A stretch of DNA of 64,000 nt from Candidatus Borrarchaeum weybense (GTDB taxonomy: Archaea; Asgardarchaeota; Sifarchaeia; Borrarchaeales; Borrarchaeaceae), in the NCBI GenBank assembly GCA_019057385.1, contig JAHQJS010000004.1, positions 32,001 to 96,000 of the forward strand, in the 5' to 3' direction. The notes beneath the pieces are model-generated. The model made no database searches. It was not told the DNA's origin and saw nothing but the letters and a program-made list of their open reading frames with translations. Position numbers and translations under genes: made by a program. Position 1 is the first letter of the stretch. Every line of letters starts with the position of its first letter. Positions 1 to 10,463 of the stretch are shown piece by piece.

Positions 1-763
1 ATACCATATCCTGGATGCCCAGCAGGTCCTCTACCCAATACGTTGTAGGTTAAAGACTGAAAATAATCAAATGGTGTAAGTAGAAAGGGTAGGCTTAGAA
101 TTAAAAATAAGCCAATGATAATTAAAAGATTCCGAACGCGATTGCGCGATTTATAAAGGAAAATAGGTAAGATCAGAATAGGCACAGGTTTAATCATCGT
201 ACTTATAGTAAAGAGAATAGTAGCCTCTATTTCGTTTCCTTTTTCTAGCCAGAAAAATGCAAGCAACAAAATAGTAACATAACTACCTCATATTTTGCAT
301 TAGTGCTACTATTGAGAACAAATGGATTAAAAACCCAAATTGCTAAGCCAAGAAAAGAATTCCAAAACTGTCCATTGTCTAAAATTTTGTAAATAACTAG
401 TCCGGTCAATATATCCATGCAAAATAGAAAATAATGTGTTATTGTTAAATGAGGCACACCAACCAGTGTACTGATGATATACAATGCTGCTGATAAATAA
501 AGATGTAATGAAGGTTTTGATGTGTAAGCTGTTGTTCCAAAAACAGCATAGACATTGTTTCCTGCAATGAATTCTTTTGCTGCAGCATGAAGTGCTGGAA
601 AATCATCTGGGGTTGGAGGTTTGTAACGAATCACGAGTAATCTAAAGATGAAAGCTGTAACACAACAAATACTAATTGCAAAAAGTCGGAAGAGTTTATT
701 CGAGATAATATAATCCAGAAATAATTCTACTTTTAATACAATTTCCGAAAGAGCAGTCTTCAT
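1..763 (-). pseudogene. GT87/PIG-M-like (GT-C) membrane glycosyltransferase; one -1 frameshift at about 268-271; runs off the window start
   Basis: ORF 245-763 is hydrophobic with DFPALH and WVFNP. Adding one T to the T4 run continues the frame as LFLLLAFFWLEKG...STMIKPVPILILP...GHPGYG to base 1 without a stop. May be a sequencing error. Confidence 0.6.
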
Positions 764-883
764 TTGTTGAACGATTCTGTCAGCTCACATTGATTGTCGG
801 AAGTGTAACAACTGTATATAAGAATAGTGGCTGCTTCTTCTACTATCACTTATTTTGAACAATTAACCTGTAAAGAGAATATT

Positions 884-1678
884 CTACGTTTTTCCTTTAA
901 AGCACGGAAAGAACCAGATATTACCACCTGAATAACTAGAGTCATATCTAGCAATATCAGCAGCAGTCAGTTCTTTAAGGGCACGTTCAGCACGTTCTTT
1001 TGACCAACCTGCTTGCATGACGTCTGCCAGTGTCAACCAACCTTTTTCTGCTGCAAGATTAAGAATCTCTCGGAGATCATCACTTAGAGCAACATCAACA
1101 AATTCCACAAGCTTAACACCAGATTTCAGCTTTTTTATCCCGGGAATTACTTTTTGTTTCTCAAGTTTCTTTACCGTTTTTTCAACATCTTGAAGCGAAC
1201 TCTTCACACCCATTGTTTTTAATTCCGCCAAGAGTTCTGCAATAGAGACAAAACCTCCTGTCTCGTCTAACTTGTTCTCCCCAATCAACAAGATTTTTTC
1301 AGAGAGTTTATCAAAGTATTTTCCTTTGAAAAGTAAAGGTTTGGCTAGTTTTTCACCAGGAAGCATTGGAGACAATCCTGCTTCGCTTCTCATTTTTCTA
1401 TATTTTTCAAGAACTGCAGTTGGCATGTTGCATACATCAGCTCCAAACTCTTTTTCAATTCTTTCTAAGCCGTTCTTCAACTCTGCAATTCTTTCCAAGT
1501 CTCCTTCTAGTTCTTGGAACTCAAGTTTTTTTTCAAATCCTCTGTATGCATCTTCCATTGGTGAAGATTTATCGATTTTATTACCACATTTAGAACAAAA
1601 TTTTGCATCCTCTGGAAGTGGTGTACCACATTTAGGACAGAATTGGCTCAATAAAACATCCCTTCTTTGTATAAACAA
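884..1678 (-). CDS. ESCRT-II Vps22/Vps36-like (EAP30) protein with N-terminal zinc ribbon; likely TTG start near 1651
   Basis: CPKC..CSKC ribbon. The C-terminal part (YFDKLSEKIL, GGFVSIAEL, SLQDVEKTVKKL, KGWLT, WSKERAERALKEL, WFFP) matches the tandem winged helices of Vps22/SNF8. Confidence 0.85.
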   Translation of the reverse strand: MFIQRRDVLLSQFCPKCGTPLPEDAKFCSKCGNKIDKSSPMEDAYRGFEKKLEFQELEGDLERIAELKNGLERIEKEFGADVCNMPTAVLEKYRKMRSEAGLSPMLPGEKLAKPLLFKGKYFDKLSEKILLIGENKLDETGGFVSIAELLAELKTMGVKSSLQDVEKTVKKLEKQKVIPGIKKLKSGVKLVEFVDVALSDDLREILNLAAEKGWLTLADVMQAGWSKERAERALKELTAADIARYDSSYSGGNIWFFPCFKGKT

Positions 1679-1706
1679 TCAATAAGGAATTCTTTTCGGA
1701 GAGTAA

Positions 1707-2330
1707 CTATAATTCAGTTTCTTTTTCTTTTTTAGCGGTATCCCGATTTTCTTTGTTTAAATCTTTCATTTCTTCTGATTGGACAGAGTTGGATTCTATT
1801 TCCTGAGAAGGTTCCTCAAGAACGTCAGATTCTATAATTTCTTCCATAAGAGGCGAGGGCAATCCTTGAGTGTCAATCCCTGCTGGAAGGGTGCCAAGTT
1901 TTTCATCAGCCTCTTTTGTTTGTGCAATATGTTGTTCAAGGTTGCTCACAATACCTAATACCTTGGCTGGATCGATGTCTTCAGAAGAAGCTGTTGTTCT
2001 TAAGAGCGCTGAAATCTCAGGTGCCACGATTAAGTAATCTACAAGACTTTCAGCACGGTTGAGTTTGAAAATCTCCTTTTTTATCTCACTTTGTTCGTCT
2101 GTTATTAGTTGACATTCTTCAAGGAGTCTAATAGCTACCTCTTTGTCACCTGCCATTTTAGCTTCTTGTGCGGCTGTGTATTTTGTTCGAAACTGTTTTT
2201 CCAATTGTGCTCTTCGTTTTTCTAACTGGGCAATAGCCTTTTTTAAGGCTACTTGCAGTCGAAATTGTCTTGTCGCGCCGCCTTGTTTTTTCCAAATTCC
2301 CATCGAGATTCCCTTACTCAGTTTTCTCAA
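1707..2330 (-). CDS. Divergent Snf7/ESCRT-III-like coiled-coil protein; likely start 2303
   Basis: MGIWKK N-terminus, basic helical hairpin with AKMAGDKEVAIRLL, acidic C-terminal tail, adjacent to the ESCRT-II-like gene. Confidence 0.65.
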   Translation of the reverse strand: MRKLSKGISMGIWKKQGGATRQFRLQVALKKAIAQLEKRRAQLEKQFRTKYTAAQEAKMAGDKEVAIRLLEECQLITDEQSEIKKEIFKLNRAESLVDYLIVAPEISALLRTTASSEDIDPAKVLGIVSNLEQHIAQTKEADEKLGTLPAGIDTQGLPSPLMEEIIESDVLEEPSQEIESNSVQSEEMKDLNKENRDTAKKEKETEL

Positions 2331-2472
2331 TAAAAATCAGCACACGGACATTAATAAAAGTTTGTTAGATTTAATTGAGAAATTAGCTTCTACGTTAGAA
2401 TAAATACTCTACAGAATCATTTAAACCGCAATAATTCAATATTCAGAGCGCTTATGCGAAATTAGCTAGATA

Positions 2473-3507
2473 TCATTTTTTAAACACCTGCTCTAATGCA
2501 CGCCATAGATGATCAGATGTTGGTCTCGGTAGATCTCGGTATTTTTTATCCTTTGTAAGAATTTTACGTATTTGTGGGTCTCCTACGAATTCGCCAATTA
2601 TATGCGCAGCTATATTTTCACTCTCTAGTTGTTCTACAATCATTGGGGTCTTTTCTGGGCTCGCCGAAATGATCAAGCAACCAGAACTAATCAGTTGAAA
2701 AGGATCAATTTCGAAAAATTCACAAATAGCTTCTGTTTCACTGGTTATAGGAATTAGCGCTTCTTCTATTTGCAAGCCAATATGAGAGGCATCTGCGATC
2801 TCATGGAGTCCTAAAAATACCCCTCCTTCTGTAGGATCATGCATCGCATTGACACCTCCTACGCTCATTGCGATATGAGCATCTTTCACTACGCTGATTT
2901 GTTCGATGAATTTTTTTGCCTGCAATATAACCGAGTCTTCCAGATGTCCCTTAAGAATGATTTCCATTTCTTCAGCAAGGATTGAGGTGCCTTCCAACCC
3001 AACACTCTTAGTAATAATAATCTGGTCACCAGGTTTTGCACCCTTAGAAGTTACATAATTATCTATTTCAGTTTCACCAACCATGAAACCGACAACAATG
3101 GGTCTACTAATTCCTGGCGTAATTTCCGTATGTCCTCCTGCTACGGTTATATTAAGTTCTTTTGATGCTGCGTCAATTTGAGAAGTAATTTGATCTAAGA
3201 TCTTCCTGTGATCTATTTTCGTTTTCTCGGGTAATAAAATAGTTGTTAAGTACCATAGGGGAATGGCTCCACAGGTTGCAATATCATTTGCATTAATGTG
3301 AACAGAAAGCCATCCAATGCTCTCTAAGCTACCTGTTATGGGATCCGTTGTCACAACAATCACCTTTCCATTCATTTTGATAATTGCTGCGTCTTCACCT
3401 ATGCCAGGCGCAAGTAGAAGACGTGGATTTTGCACCCCCAAGTGTTCGAAAACAATAGTTCGTAAGATATCCATAGGTATTTTTCCGGGAGGGAATGCCA
3501 TTAACAA
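2473..3507 (-). CDS. AIR synthase-related (PurM/HypE-like) protein
   Basis: GEDAA, TTDPI, NDIA, GGHTE, AMHDPTEGG motifs. Confidence 0.9.
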   Translation of the reverse strand: MLMAFPPGKIPMDILRTIVFEHLGVQNPRLLLAPGIGEDAAIIKMNGKVIVVTTDPITGSLESIGWLSVHINANDIATCGAIPLWYLTTILLPEKTKIDHRKILDQITSQIDAASKELNITVAGGHTEITPGISRPIVVGFMVGETEIDNYVTSKGAKPGDQIIITKSVGLEGTSILAEEMEIILKGHLEDSVILQAKKFIEQISVVKDAHIAMSVGGVNAMHDPTEGGVFLGLHEIADASHIGLQIEEALIPITSETEAICEFFEIDPFQLISSGCLIISASPEKTPMIVEQLESENIAAHIIGEFVGDPQIRKILTKDKKYRDLPRPTSDHLWRALEQVFKK

Positions 3508-3621
3508 ACTCCTCCATTATAATCTCTTTTTTGAGAAAGACATATGATTGAAGAAATCTTTTGAAGTACAATCGACTATCTCAAAGAGATTTAAAAATTG
3601 TTATGGGCGTGATGAAACCAA

Positions 3622-4581
3622 TTGAATCAGGAAAATATTCATAGAGTTCGTCTTCCTGTTCCTTTCTTTGTTAGGCATGTTTACGTCCATTTAATTGAAA
3701 ATCATGATAATTCAAGTTTGGTTTTAATCGATTGTGGCCCCGCGACTGAAGAGGCGTTTAACACACTTACCACTTATGTCCAATCTATCGGATACTCCAT
3801 GGATGATATCGAGGCATGCATAGTTACACACTCTCATTATGAACATTATGGCCTGTTTAAAAAAATAAAAGATGAGTGTAATGCACAAATCTTTGCGCAT
3901 CAGAATATGATCACCTCTACGTCTGACTTAAAGGACGATCTTTCGTTGAGATCCGAGTTACTTGTTACAAATGGGATGCCAATAGTAACGGTAAACCAGT
4001 TTCTGAAAACTTATCAAGGCATTATAAAGAATACGCCCATGACTGATATTGATAGAATGTTAACTCACGAAGAATCTATTTTCACAAATTCTCTGAAATT
4101 GCGAATTATTTGGACTCCAGGGCATAGCGCAGATCATATTTGCTTATATAATGAAGAGAAAAGGATAATGTTTACAGGAGATCATATTATCTCAAAGATC
4201 ACGCCACAAATTGGTCATAGATGCGTAGAACAATCAGAAAATCCCCTAAAAACGTATCAACAATCTCTTCAAGAGTTGTTAAACTATGATATTGAAATTG
4301 CTTTCCCAGGCCATAATGAGGCGATTGAAAATCCGCATAAGCGAGTACTAGAGATTTTAAAACATCATAATTCTCGGGAAAGGTGGATTTTAGAAACTCT
4401 AGAGAACAAAAAACTAACAGCATTCGAAATTTCAAAAAGAGTTTTCGGAGAGAATCAACCACTTATTGGAAATATAATTTCTTGTACTGAAACAATTGCG
4501 CATCTTAAATCTCTTAAAGTTAACGAACAAGTTAATGAAATACTCAAAGATGGCATTTATTATTATGAAAAAGTTTCTTAG
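3622..4581 (+). CDS. MBL-fold metallo-hydrolase with C-terminal winged helix
   Basis: LIDCG, THSHYEH, TPGHS, FTGDH, PGH motifs. Confidence 0.9.
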   Translation: MNQENIHRVRLPVPFFVRHVYVHLIENHDNSSLVLIDCGPATEEAFNTLTTYVQSIGYSMDDIEACIVTHSHYEHYGLFKKIKDECNAQIFAHQNMITSTSDLKDDLSLRSELLVTNGMPIVTVNQFLKTYQGIIKNTPMTDIDRMLTHEESIFTNSLKLRIIWTPGHSADHICLYNEEKRIMFTGDHIISKITPQIGHRCVEQSENPLKTYQQSLQELLNYDIEIAFPGHNEAIENPHKRVLEILKHHNSRERWILETLENKKLTAFEISKRVFGENQPLIGNIISCTETIAHLKSLKVNEQVNEILKDGIYYYEKVS

Positions 4582-4597
4582 CGTGAAAAAGAAGAGC

Positions 4598-5104
4598 CTA
4601 TATTTTATCCATAATCTTCTTTAGGTTTTTCTGGTTTTTACGCTTCAGTACAACAAGTTTTCTTGTAGAAGGATTGAATATAGCAAGATTAATCTGACTA
4701 TTAAGAAATCGCTTAAGTGAATCAGGTATTATTTTCCATGTCTCATCAAGAAGACCTAAATGAATAGTACTGCCCATAAAAGAAGAATAAAATAAAACCA
4801 TGCCCACAGATTCAAAGATTTCAGATAAGGATGCCATATGTACTCTTAAAATGATGCATAAGGCGATGTCATCGCGTCTATCTCTCGCAACAAATATGGA
4901 TCTATCCTCAAGGTACTCTTCTTCAACATTCCGAAAATTATGCAATAACGTGGCTTTTAAATCCGCATGTAGTTTATATCTACGATTTTGTTCTTTCAAT
5001 CTTGATCCGGAAGCCACATTTAATTCCTCTACGACTTTAAAATTGAGAATATTACTGCAAATATTGAATGGGAAATCACCTATATGTCTCTTTTGATGAT
5101 TCAA
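4598..5104 (-). CDS. Hypothetical protein
   Basis: 168-aa ORF filling the gap; start uncertain. Confidence 0.55.
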   Translation of the reverse strand: MNHQKRHIGDFPFNICSNILNFKVVEELNVASGSRLKEQNRRYKLHADLKATLLHNFRNVEEEYLEDRSIFVARDRRDDIALCIILRVHMASLSEIFESVGMVLFYSSFMGSTIHLGLLDETWKIIPDSLKRFLNSQINLAIFNPSTRKLVVLKRKNQKNLKKIMDKI

Positions 5105-5337
5105 TAAGAGACGAGAAAAACCAGTTAATATCTCAATGCGCCTTTTAACAAAATCTCTGAGTAAAAATGCAAACCTAGTGAGTTAACAATCCTAAAAAGA
5201 AAACATCCATTAATATCGAATTCTTGATATTTGTATAAAACAATCAAAAATTTGTTTCTAAAATTCTTCATTATTTAAGAACCATTTAGAGCCTGAACGG
5301 AAATAATATCATATAAAATTTAATTTCTAGAAAAATG

Positions 5338-5562
5338 CTATAACGCATCATTATTAGGTTCGAAATATTGAGAACTTTTTTTTATACGAACCAATGATGT
5401 TAAATAACCCGCTATCCTATTTCTTAGTTTTTTGGACTGCAAGTCTAATATTTGATCTAACAGTTCCTTATTTTTTTCAAAATCATCTTCAATCAAATGG
5501 TCGTAAGTTTCCAAGATTTTTTTAGAGATATTTTTGATATGTGATGGTCTAATCTTTCCCAA
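5338..5562 (-). CDS. rps17e: 30S ribosomal protein S17e
   Basis: MGKIRP..IK, DFEKNK, SKKLRNRIAGYLT. Confidence 0.97.
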   Translation of the reverse strand: MGKIRPSHIKNISKKILETYDHLIEDDFEKNKELLDQILDLQSKKLRNRIAGYLTSLVRIKKSSQYFEPNNDAL

Positions 5563-5724
5563 GAAGCAACAACTCCATTTATTCCTTAGGTGTTTCAGTC
5601 ACTCGTCTAAGTACACAATTCTTTTAATAATATTTTCTTTAAAGGAATGATTGAAAAGTTGCATCTACTTTTTTAAGCAAAAAAATTGACTGCATTCTTA
5701 AAAAAATTTGTAGTGTGAGAATCT

Positions 5725-6891
5725 ATGAACGTTATTTCAGAGAGAATGAAGGATATTCCTCCATCTGGAACATTGAAAATGCTTGCAAAGTCAAAAGAAT
5801 TAGAACAAAAAGGAAGAAAAATAATACATCTAGAAGTAGGACAGCCTGATTTTGATACCCCCCTACATATCAAAGAAGCTGCAATCAGTGCGCTAAAAGA
5901 TGGATTTACGAAATACACTTCAAGCCAAGGTATCCCCCAATTATTAACAGCAATTGCGGAAGACACTAACAAGGATGATGTCTCAATCACACCTAAGAAT
6001 GTAATTGTAACGCCTGGTGCAAAGCATGCAATTCTTCTTGCAATGCTAGCAACGTTAAATCCAGGAGATGAGGTTTTAATTACAACACCAGCTTGGCCTA
6101 CTTATTTTACTTCAATAAAAATTGCAGGTGGAGTTGATGTTCAAATTCCAGTTGATGCTTATAATAAGAGCATTGTAGAGAAATTGAATAATGGAATTAC
6201 TCAAAAATCAAAGATGATTCTTATTAATTCGCCAAGTAACCCATTAGGAGATGTCATGGATAAGGAAGTATTAAACGAAATCTATCAACTTGCAGTTGAA
6301 CATGAATTAATGATTCTCTCTGATGAAATCTATCAAAAACTTGTATATAATAGTGATGAAAGAGCAGCTACTATTTTGGCTATAGATAAAGAATGTGAAA
6401 GGACGATAGTCATAAACGGGTTTTCGAAGGCTTATTCGATGACTGGCTGGCGTTTGGGTTATGCTGTAGCATCTTCTGAACTAGTTAAAAACATGATTCG
6501 AATTCAACAAAATTCTACTACATGTCCAACTAGTTTTGTACAGATAGCAGGTGTTGCTGCTTTGCAAGGCTCTCAAATGCCAGTAAAGCGCATGGTAGAG
6601 CGATTTAATGAGCGAAGAATGGAAATAACGCGTTTATTAAATGATATTAATGGCGTAAGATGCAATCTACCTCAAGGTGCATTTTACGTATTTCCTGACT
6701 TCTCCGAACTAAAAATTACATCAGAAGCACTCGCATTAGAATTACTTGAAGAAAAGGGTGTAGCAACAGCACCGGGTACAGTATTTGGAAAAGGTGGCGA
6801 ATATCATCTAAGATTATCTTATGCCAATTCTCTAGAAGAAATACGTCATGGAGCAACCCTAATTAAAGAATTCGTGGAAGATGAAATTTAG
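5725..6891 (+). CDS. PLP-dependent class I aminotransferase (aspartate aminotransferase family)
   Basis: GQPDF, NSPSNPLG, SDEIY, FSKAYSMTGWRLGY. Confidence 0.95.
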   Translation: MNVISERMKDIPPSGTLKMLAKSKELEQKGRKIIHLEVGQPDFDTPLHIKEAAISALKDGFTKYTSSQGIPQLLTAIAEDTNKDDVSITPKNVIVTPGAKHAILLAMLATLNPGDEVLITTPAWPTYFTSIKIAGGVDVQIPVDAYNKSIVEKLNNGITQKSKMILINSPSNPLGDVMDKEVLNEIYQLAVEHELMILSDEIYQKLVYNSDERAATILAIDKECERTIVINGFSKAYSMTGWRLGYAVASSELVKNMIRIQQNSTTCPTSFVQIAGVAALQGSQMPVKRMVERFNERRMEITRLLNDINGVRCNLPQGAFYVFPDFSELKITSEALALELLEEKGVATAPGTVFGKGGEYHLRLSYANSLEEIRHGATLIKEFVEDEI

Positions 6892-7007
6892 AAATATGAT
6901 ATTCTAGAGTTTCTGTTAAGTTAACTATATATCGCTATAACTTGATGTTTAAGCAGATCTAATAAATAATTGGTGCCTTTGTCAGACTAACTTTTGAGGC
7001 AATTTCT

Positions 7008-7214
7008 TTGAACTCCATAAATGAAAACAATAATTCCTTCAACGATGAAGATGGAATTTTAGTAGAGGAACAAGAAATTACTGGTTTCAAATGTGGAGTT
7101 TGCGGAGCTAATTTAAAAGTAAGAGTTTATTTTAAAGATGACAATTTCTCTAGAAGAATCAGCTGCCCAAATTGCAAGTATAGTATAACTCCTTCCGAAA
7201 GAAAGCCTCTTTAA
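7008..7214 (+). CDS. Small zinc-finger protein
   Basis: CGVC...CPNC, acidic N-terminus, GAGG before the TTG start. Confidence 0.6.
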   Translation: MNSINENNNSFNDEDGILVEEQEITGFKCGVCGANLKVRVYFKDDNFSRRISCPNCKYSITPSERKPL

Positions 7215-7250
7215 CAATCCTTAAGCGTGCTTTCTGTTCTCTAAATTCTC

Positions 7251-7760
7251 TCAAGATGAATTTTCTGTCCAATCCTTTCTAAGTCTTAAAATTTGGCGAA
7301 CTATTTTAGATGAACTATTTAATTCTTCATTACCGAATTTTGATAACCTTACAATTTCACATTCAATATTTCTCTCTTTTAATTCTTCTTCTAACCACGT
7401 TATTGCAGGCCATTGATCATATCCAATTGCAACTATATCTGGACGTAGTTCTTCTAAAATCTTTAACTTATCACCGCCTTCTGTCCCTAAAAGTGCTTTA
7501 TCAACTGATTTTATCGAAGCTACAAGAGCCCTTCTGTGTTCTTCAGAAAAAATAGGCTTTTTTCCTTTCATTGATTCCACAGAAGAATCACGTGAAATAA
7601 CGACAATTAATTCTGAAGAATCACCGCCTAATTTTTTCGCTTCTTCTAGATATTTTACATGTCCATAATGGAGGATATCAAAGGTACCAAAACATAAAAC
7701 ACGCTTCCTTCGAGCAGATTCTGAATGAAATATTGGTTTTGACAATACAGAGCACCACAT
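7251..7760 (-). CDS. ribL: Archaeal FAD synthase (cytidylyltransferase-like)
   Basis: GTFDILHYGH, RD, KPIF, PDIVAIGYDQ, SSSKI. Confidence 0.9.
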   Translation of the reverse strand: MWCSVLSKPIFHSESARRKRVLCFGTFDILHYGHVKYLEEAKKLGGDSSELIVVISRDSSVESMKGKKPIFSEEHRRALVASIKSVDKALLGTEGGDKLKILEELRPDIVAIGYDQWPAITWLEEELKERNIECEIVRLSKFGNEELNSSSKIVRQILRLRKDWTENSS

Positions 7761-8015
7761 TATTCTATTAAAACTGATTTGACTCCCTATATAGTTTGAA
7801 TGAAATCGTATTTATTCTATTGAAGTTTGATTCTTGATGAAGAGACAGGTTATGAGTTTAAAGTGATATTGTTGACGTTTGGTTGGACTTACAAGAATAA
7901 TGATGATAACGAAATTTAAAAAAGCGTCTGTGGTTATCATAAGTGTAGATGCATAAACATATTAGAATTTGCATTAAGAATAATTCATTCTAATTATAAG
8001 TGGAGGTATCCTTAA

Positions 8016-10199
8016 TTGGCCGATAAAATAATAACCGTGAAAACTGCGGAGGCACGACAGAGAGATGTAGGTCGTGGGAAGGTTCGTATTGATGGAGCGG
8101 CAATGCGTTCCATAAGTGTCACTACAGGTGATGTTATAGAAATACAAGGAAAGAAAACAACAGCTGCCATTGCTTGGCCTGCTTACCCCGAGGATCAAGG
8201 AAGTGGGATCATCCGGATGGATGGAATCATCCGTAGAAATTGTGGTGTTACTCTAGGTGAAAGGGTAAAGATAAAAAAAGCAGATGTTAAAGCTGCGCGT
8301 TCTATCACAATAGCACCTACTTCTATGCCACTTTCGATCGATTATGGATTTGAAAATTTTGTTAAGAGAAAACTATTAGGATATCCTGTATGTCGGGGTG
8401 ATACCGTACTTATCCCAATTTTAGGAAGAGCGATGCCTTTCAGCATTGTATCGACTACACCAAAAGGAATTTGTCTTGTAACAGATGCTACCTCCTTAAA
8501 TGTAAGTGAAAAGCCATTAACTGACACTGACACTGGTTTTCCAAGAGTAAGTTATGAAGATATAGGAGGACTTTCTGAAGAGATTATTAGAATTCGAGAA
8601 ATGGTTGAATTACCATTAAAACATCCCGAATTGTTTAAAAGATTAGGTATTGATCCACCAAAAGGAGTTTTGTTACATGGTCCTCCTGGTTGTGGTAAAA
8701 CACTTATTGCAAAAGCAGTGGCCAGTGAATCGGATGCTCATTTCATTCCAATAAATGGACCCGAAATTATGAGTAAATTCTACGGGGAGTCAGAACAAAG
8801 ACTACGACAACTTTTCAAGGAAGCTGAAGAGAATTCACCAAGTATTGTTTTTATTGATGAAATAGATGCTATCGCTCCAAAACGAGAAGAAGTGACAGGA
8901 GAGGTAGAAAGAAGAGTTGTTGCACAACTTTTAGCTTTAATGGACGGATTAGTGGCTCGTGGACAAGTTGTAGTCGTTGGCGCCACTAATCGGGTGAATG
9001 CCATAGATCCCGCCTTAAGGAGACCAGGCAGATTCGATAGAGAAATAGAAATTGGAGTTCCAGATAAAATTGGACGCCAAGAGATTCTACTTATTCATAC
9101 GCGTGGTATGCCTTTAGCTGAAGATGTTCAACTGACTCGAATTTCTGAAATAACTCACGGATTTGTAGGTGCAGATCTCACTGCTTTATGTCGCGAAGCT
9201 GCTATGAAGTCATTAAGAAGATATCTTCCTAAAATTAACTTAGAAGAAGATGTAATCCCTCCAGAAATCTTAAATACTCTTGAAGTTAATATGGAGGATT
9301 GTTTAAACGCATTAAAAGAGGTACAGCCATCAGCAATAAGAGAAGTCCATATAGAGATGCCAAACATTAATTGGGAAGATATAGGTGGCTTGGAAATTGT
9401 AAAGCAAGAACTAATTGAAGCTGTCGAATGGCCCTTAAAAAAGCCTGAAGCGTTTAAGAGATTGGGTATTGCACCTCCAAAAGGTATTTTGTTATATGGT
9501 CCCCCTGGCTGCGGTAAAACTTTGCTTGCAAAAGCCGTTGCCACAGAAAGCGAAGCCAATTTCATAAGCATCAAAGGTCCAGAGGTTTTATCAAAATGGG
9601 TTGGCGAATCTGAAAAAGCTATTAGAGAAGTCTTCCGAAAGGCTAGGATGGCATCTCCAGCGATTATTTTCTTTGATGAAATTGACGCAATAGTGCCAAG
9701 ACGCGGTACAGGCTTTGGCGACTCTCATGTAACTGAACGAGTTATTAGCCAAATTTTGACGGAAGTTGATGGTCTTGAATCTTTACAGAATGTTGTAGTG
9801 ATCGCTGCTACCAATCGCCCTGACATAGTAGATCCAGCAGTGCTTAGACCAGGTAGGACTGATCGGCTTATTTTAGTACCCCCGCCTGACAAAAATGAAC
9901 GTCTTGAAATCTTTAAGATTTATACGCATGAAATGCCAATTAGTGAAGACGTTGATCTAGAAAAACTAGCTAATGCCGCAGAAGGCTACGCGGGGTCTGA
10001 TATTGAAGCCTTATGCCGAGAGGCGGCAATGCTCGCATTACGGGACAATGAGGATGCAGAAGAAGTTGAAGCACAATATTTCACCGATGCTATGAAGAAA
10101 ATTCATCCTACAGTTACTGCAGATGTAATTCGCTGGTATGAAAGACAATCAGAACACTTTAGAAGAACTAAAGTCAAAGCACAACCTCAGTTCGTTTAA
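8016..10199 (+). CDS. cdc48: CDC48/VCP-family AAA+ ATPase
   Basis: N-domain plus two AAA modules (GPPGCGKT twice, DEID, RPGR). GGAGG SD before the TTG start. Confidence 0.97.
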   Translation: MADKIITVKTAEARQRDVGRGKVRIDGAAMRSISVTTGDVIEIQGKKTTAAIAWPAYPEDQGSGIIRMDGIIRRNCGVTLGERVKIKKADVKAARSITIAPTSMPLSIDYGFENFVKRKLLGYPVCRGDTVLIPILGRAMPFSIVSTTPKGICLVTDATSLNVSEKPLTDTDTGFPRVSYEDIGGLSEEIIRIREMVELPLKHPELFKRLGIDPPKGVLLHGPPGCGKTLIAKAVASESDAHFIPINGPEIMSKFYGESEQRLRQLFKEAEENSPSIVFIDEIDAIAPKREEVTGEVERRVVAQLLALMDGLVARGQVVVVGATNRVNAIDPALRRPGRFDREIEIGVPDKIGRQEILLIHTRGMPLAEDVQLTRISEITHGFVGADLTALCREAAMKSLRRYLPKINLEEDVIPPEILNTLEVNMEDCLNALKEVQPSAIREVHIEMPNINWEDIGGLEIVKQELIEAVEWPLKKPEAFKRLGIAPPKGILLYGPPGCGKTLLAKAVATESEANFISIKGPEVLSKWVGESEKAIREVFRKARMASPAIIFFDEIDAIVPRRGTGFGDSHVTERVISQILTEVDGLESLQNVVVIAATNRPDIVDPAVLRPGRTDRLILVPPPDKNERLEIFKIYTHEMPISEDVDLEKLANAAEGYAGSDIEALCREAAMLALRDNEDAEEVEAQYFTDAMKKIHPTVTADVIRWYERQSEHFRRTKVKAQPQFV

Positions 10200-10463
10200 C
10201 AAATATTTTCTTATTTTCCCATATCAAGATTTTTTCCCCTACTCAATATTGAAGACTCGCAATTATTTTTTTTGAGTTATAAGACTGGTAGATCAGAAGA
10301 GATCATTTAAAAAAGAAAAAGTTTAAATTTTGAGGAAAACTAAAGCCGTTATCACAATCAAGTCAGCTAATCTTAAGAAAGAATAAATCGGGCTCGCAAT
10401 ATTTAGATGGCTTAAATCCTATCTACAATTCTGAAATTATCCGTGAAAGAAGAGGTTTAGAGC

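Noticed and set aside
255-305. Hairpin around the GT87 frameshift as a second BHB mRNA intron
   Set aside because: The pairing gives a 4-nt bulge and no matching second bulge. The region encodes plausible conserved residues, and one added base repairs the frame.
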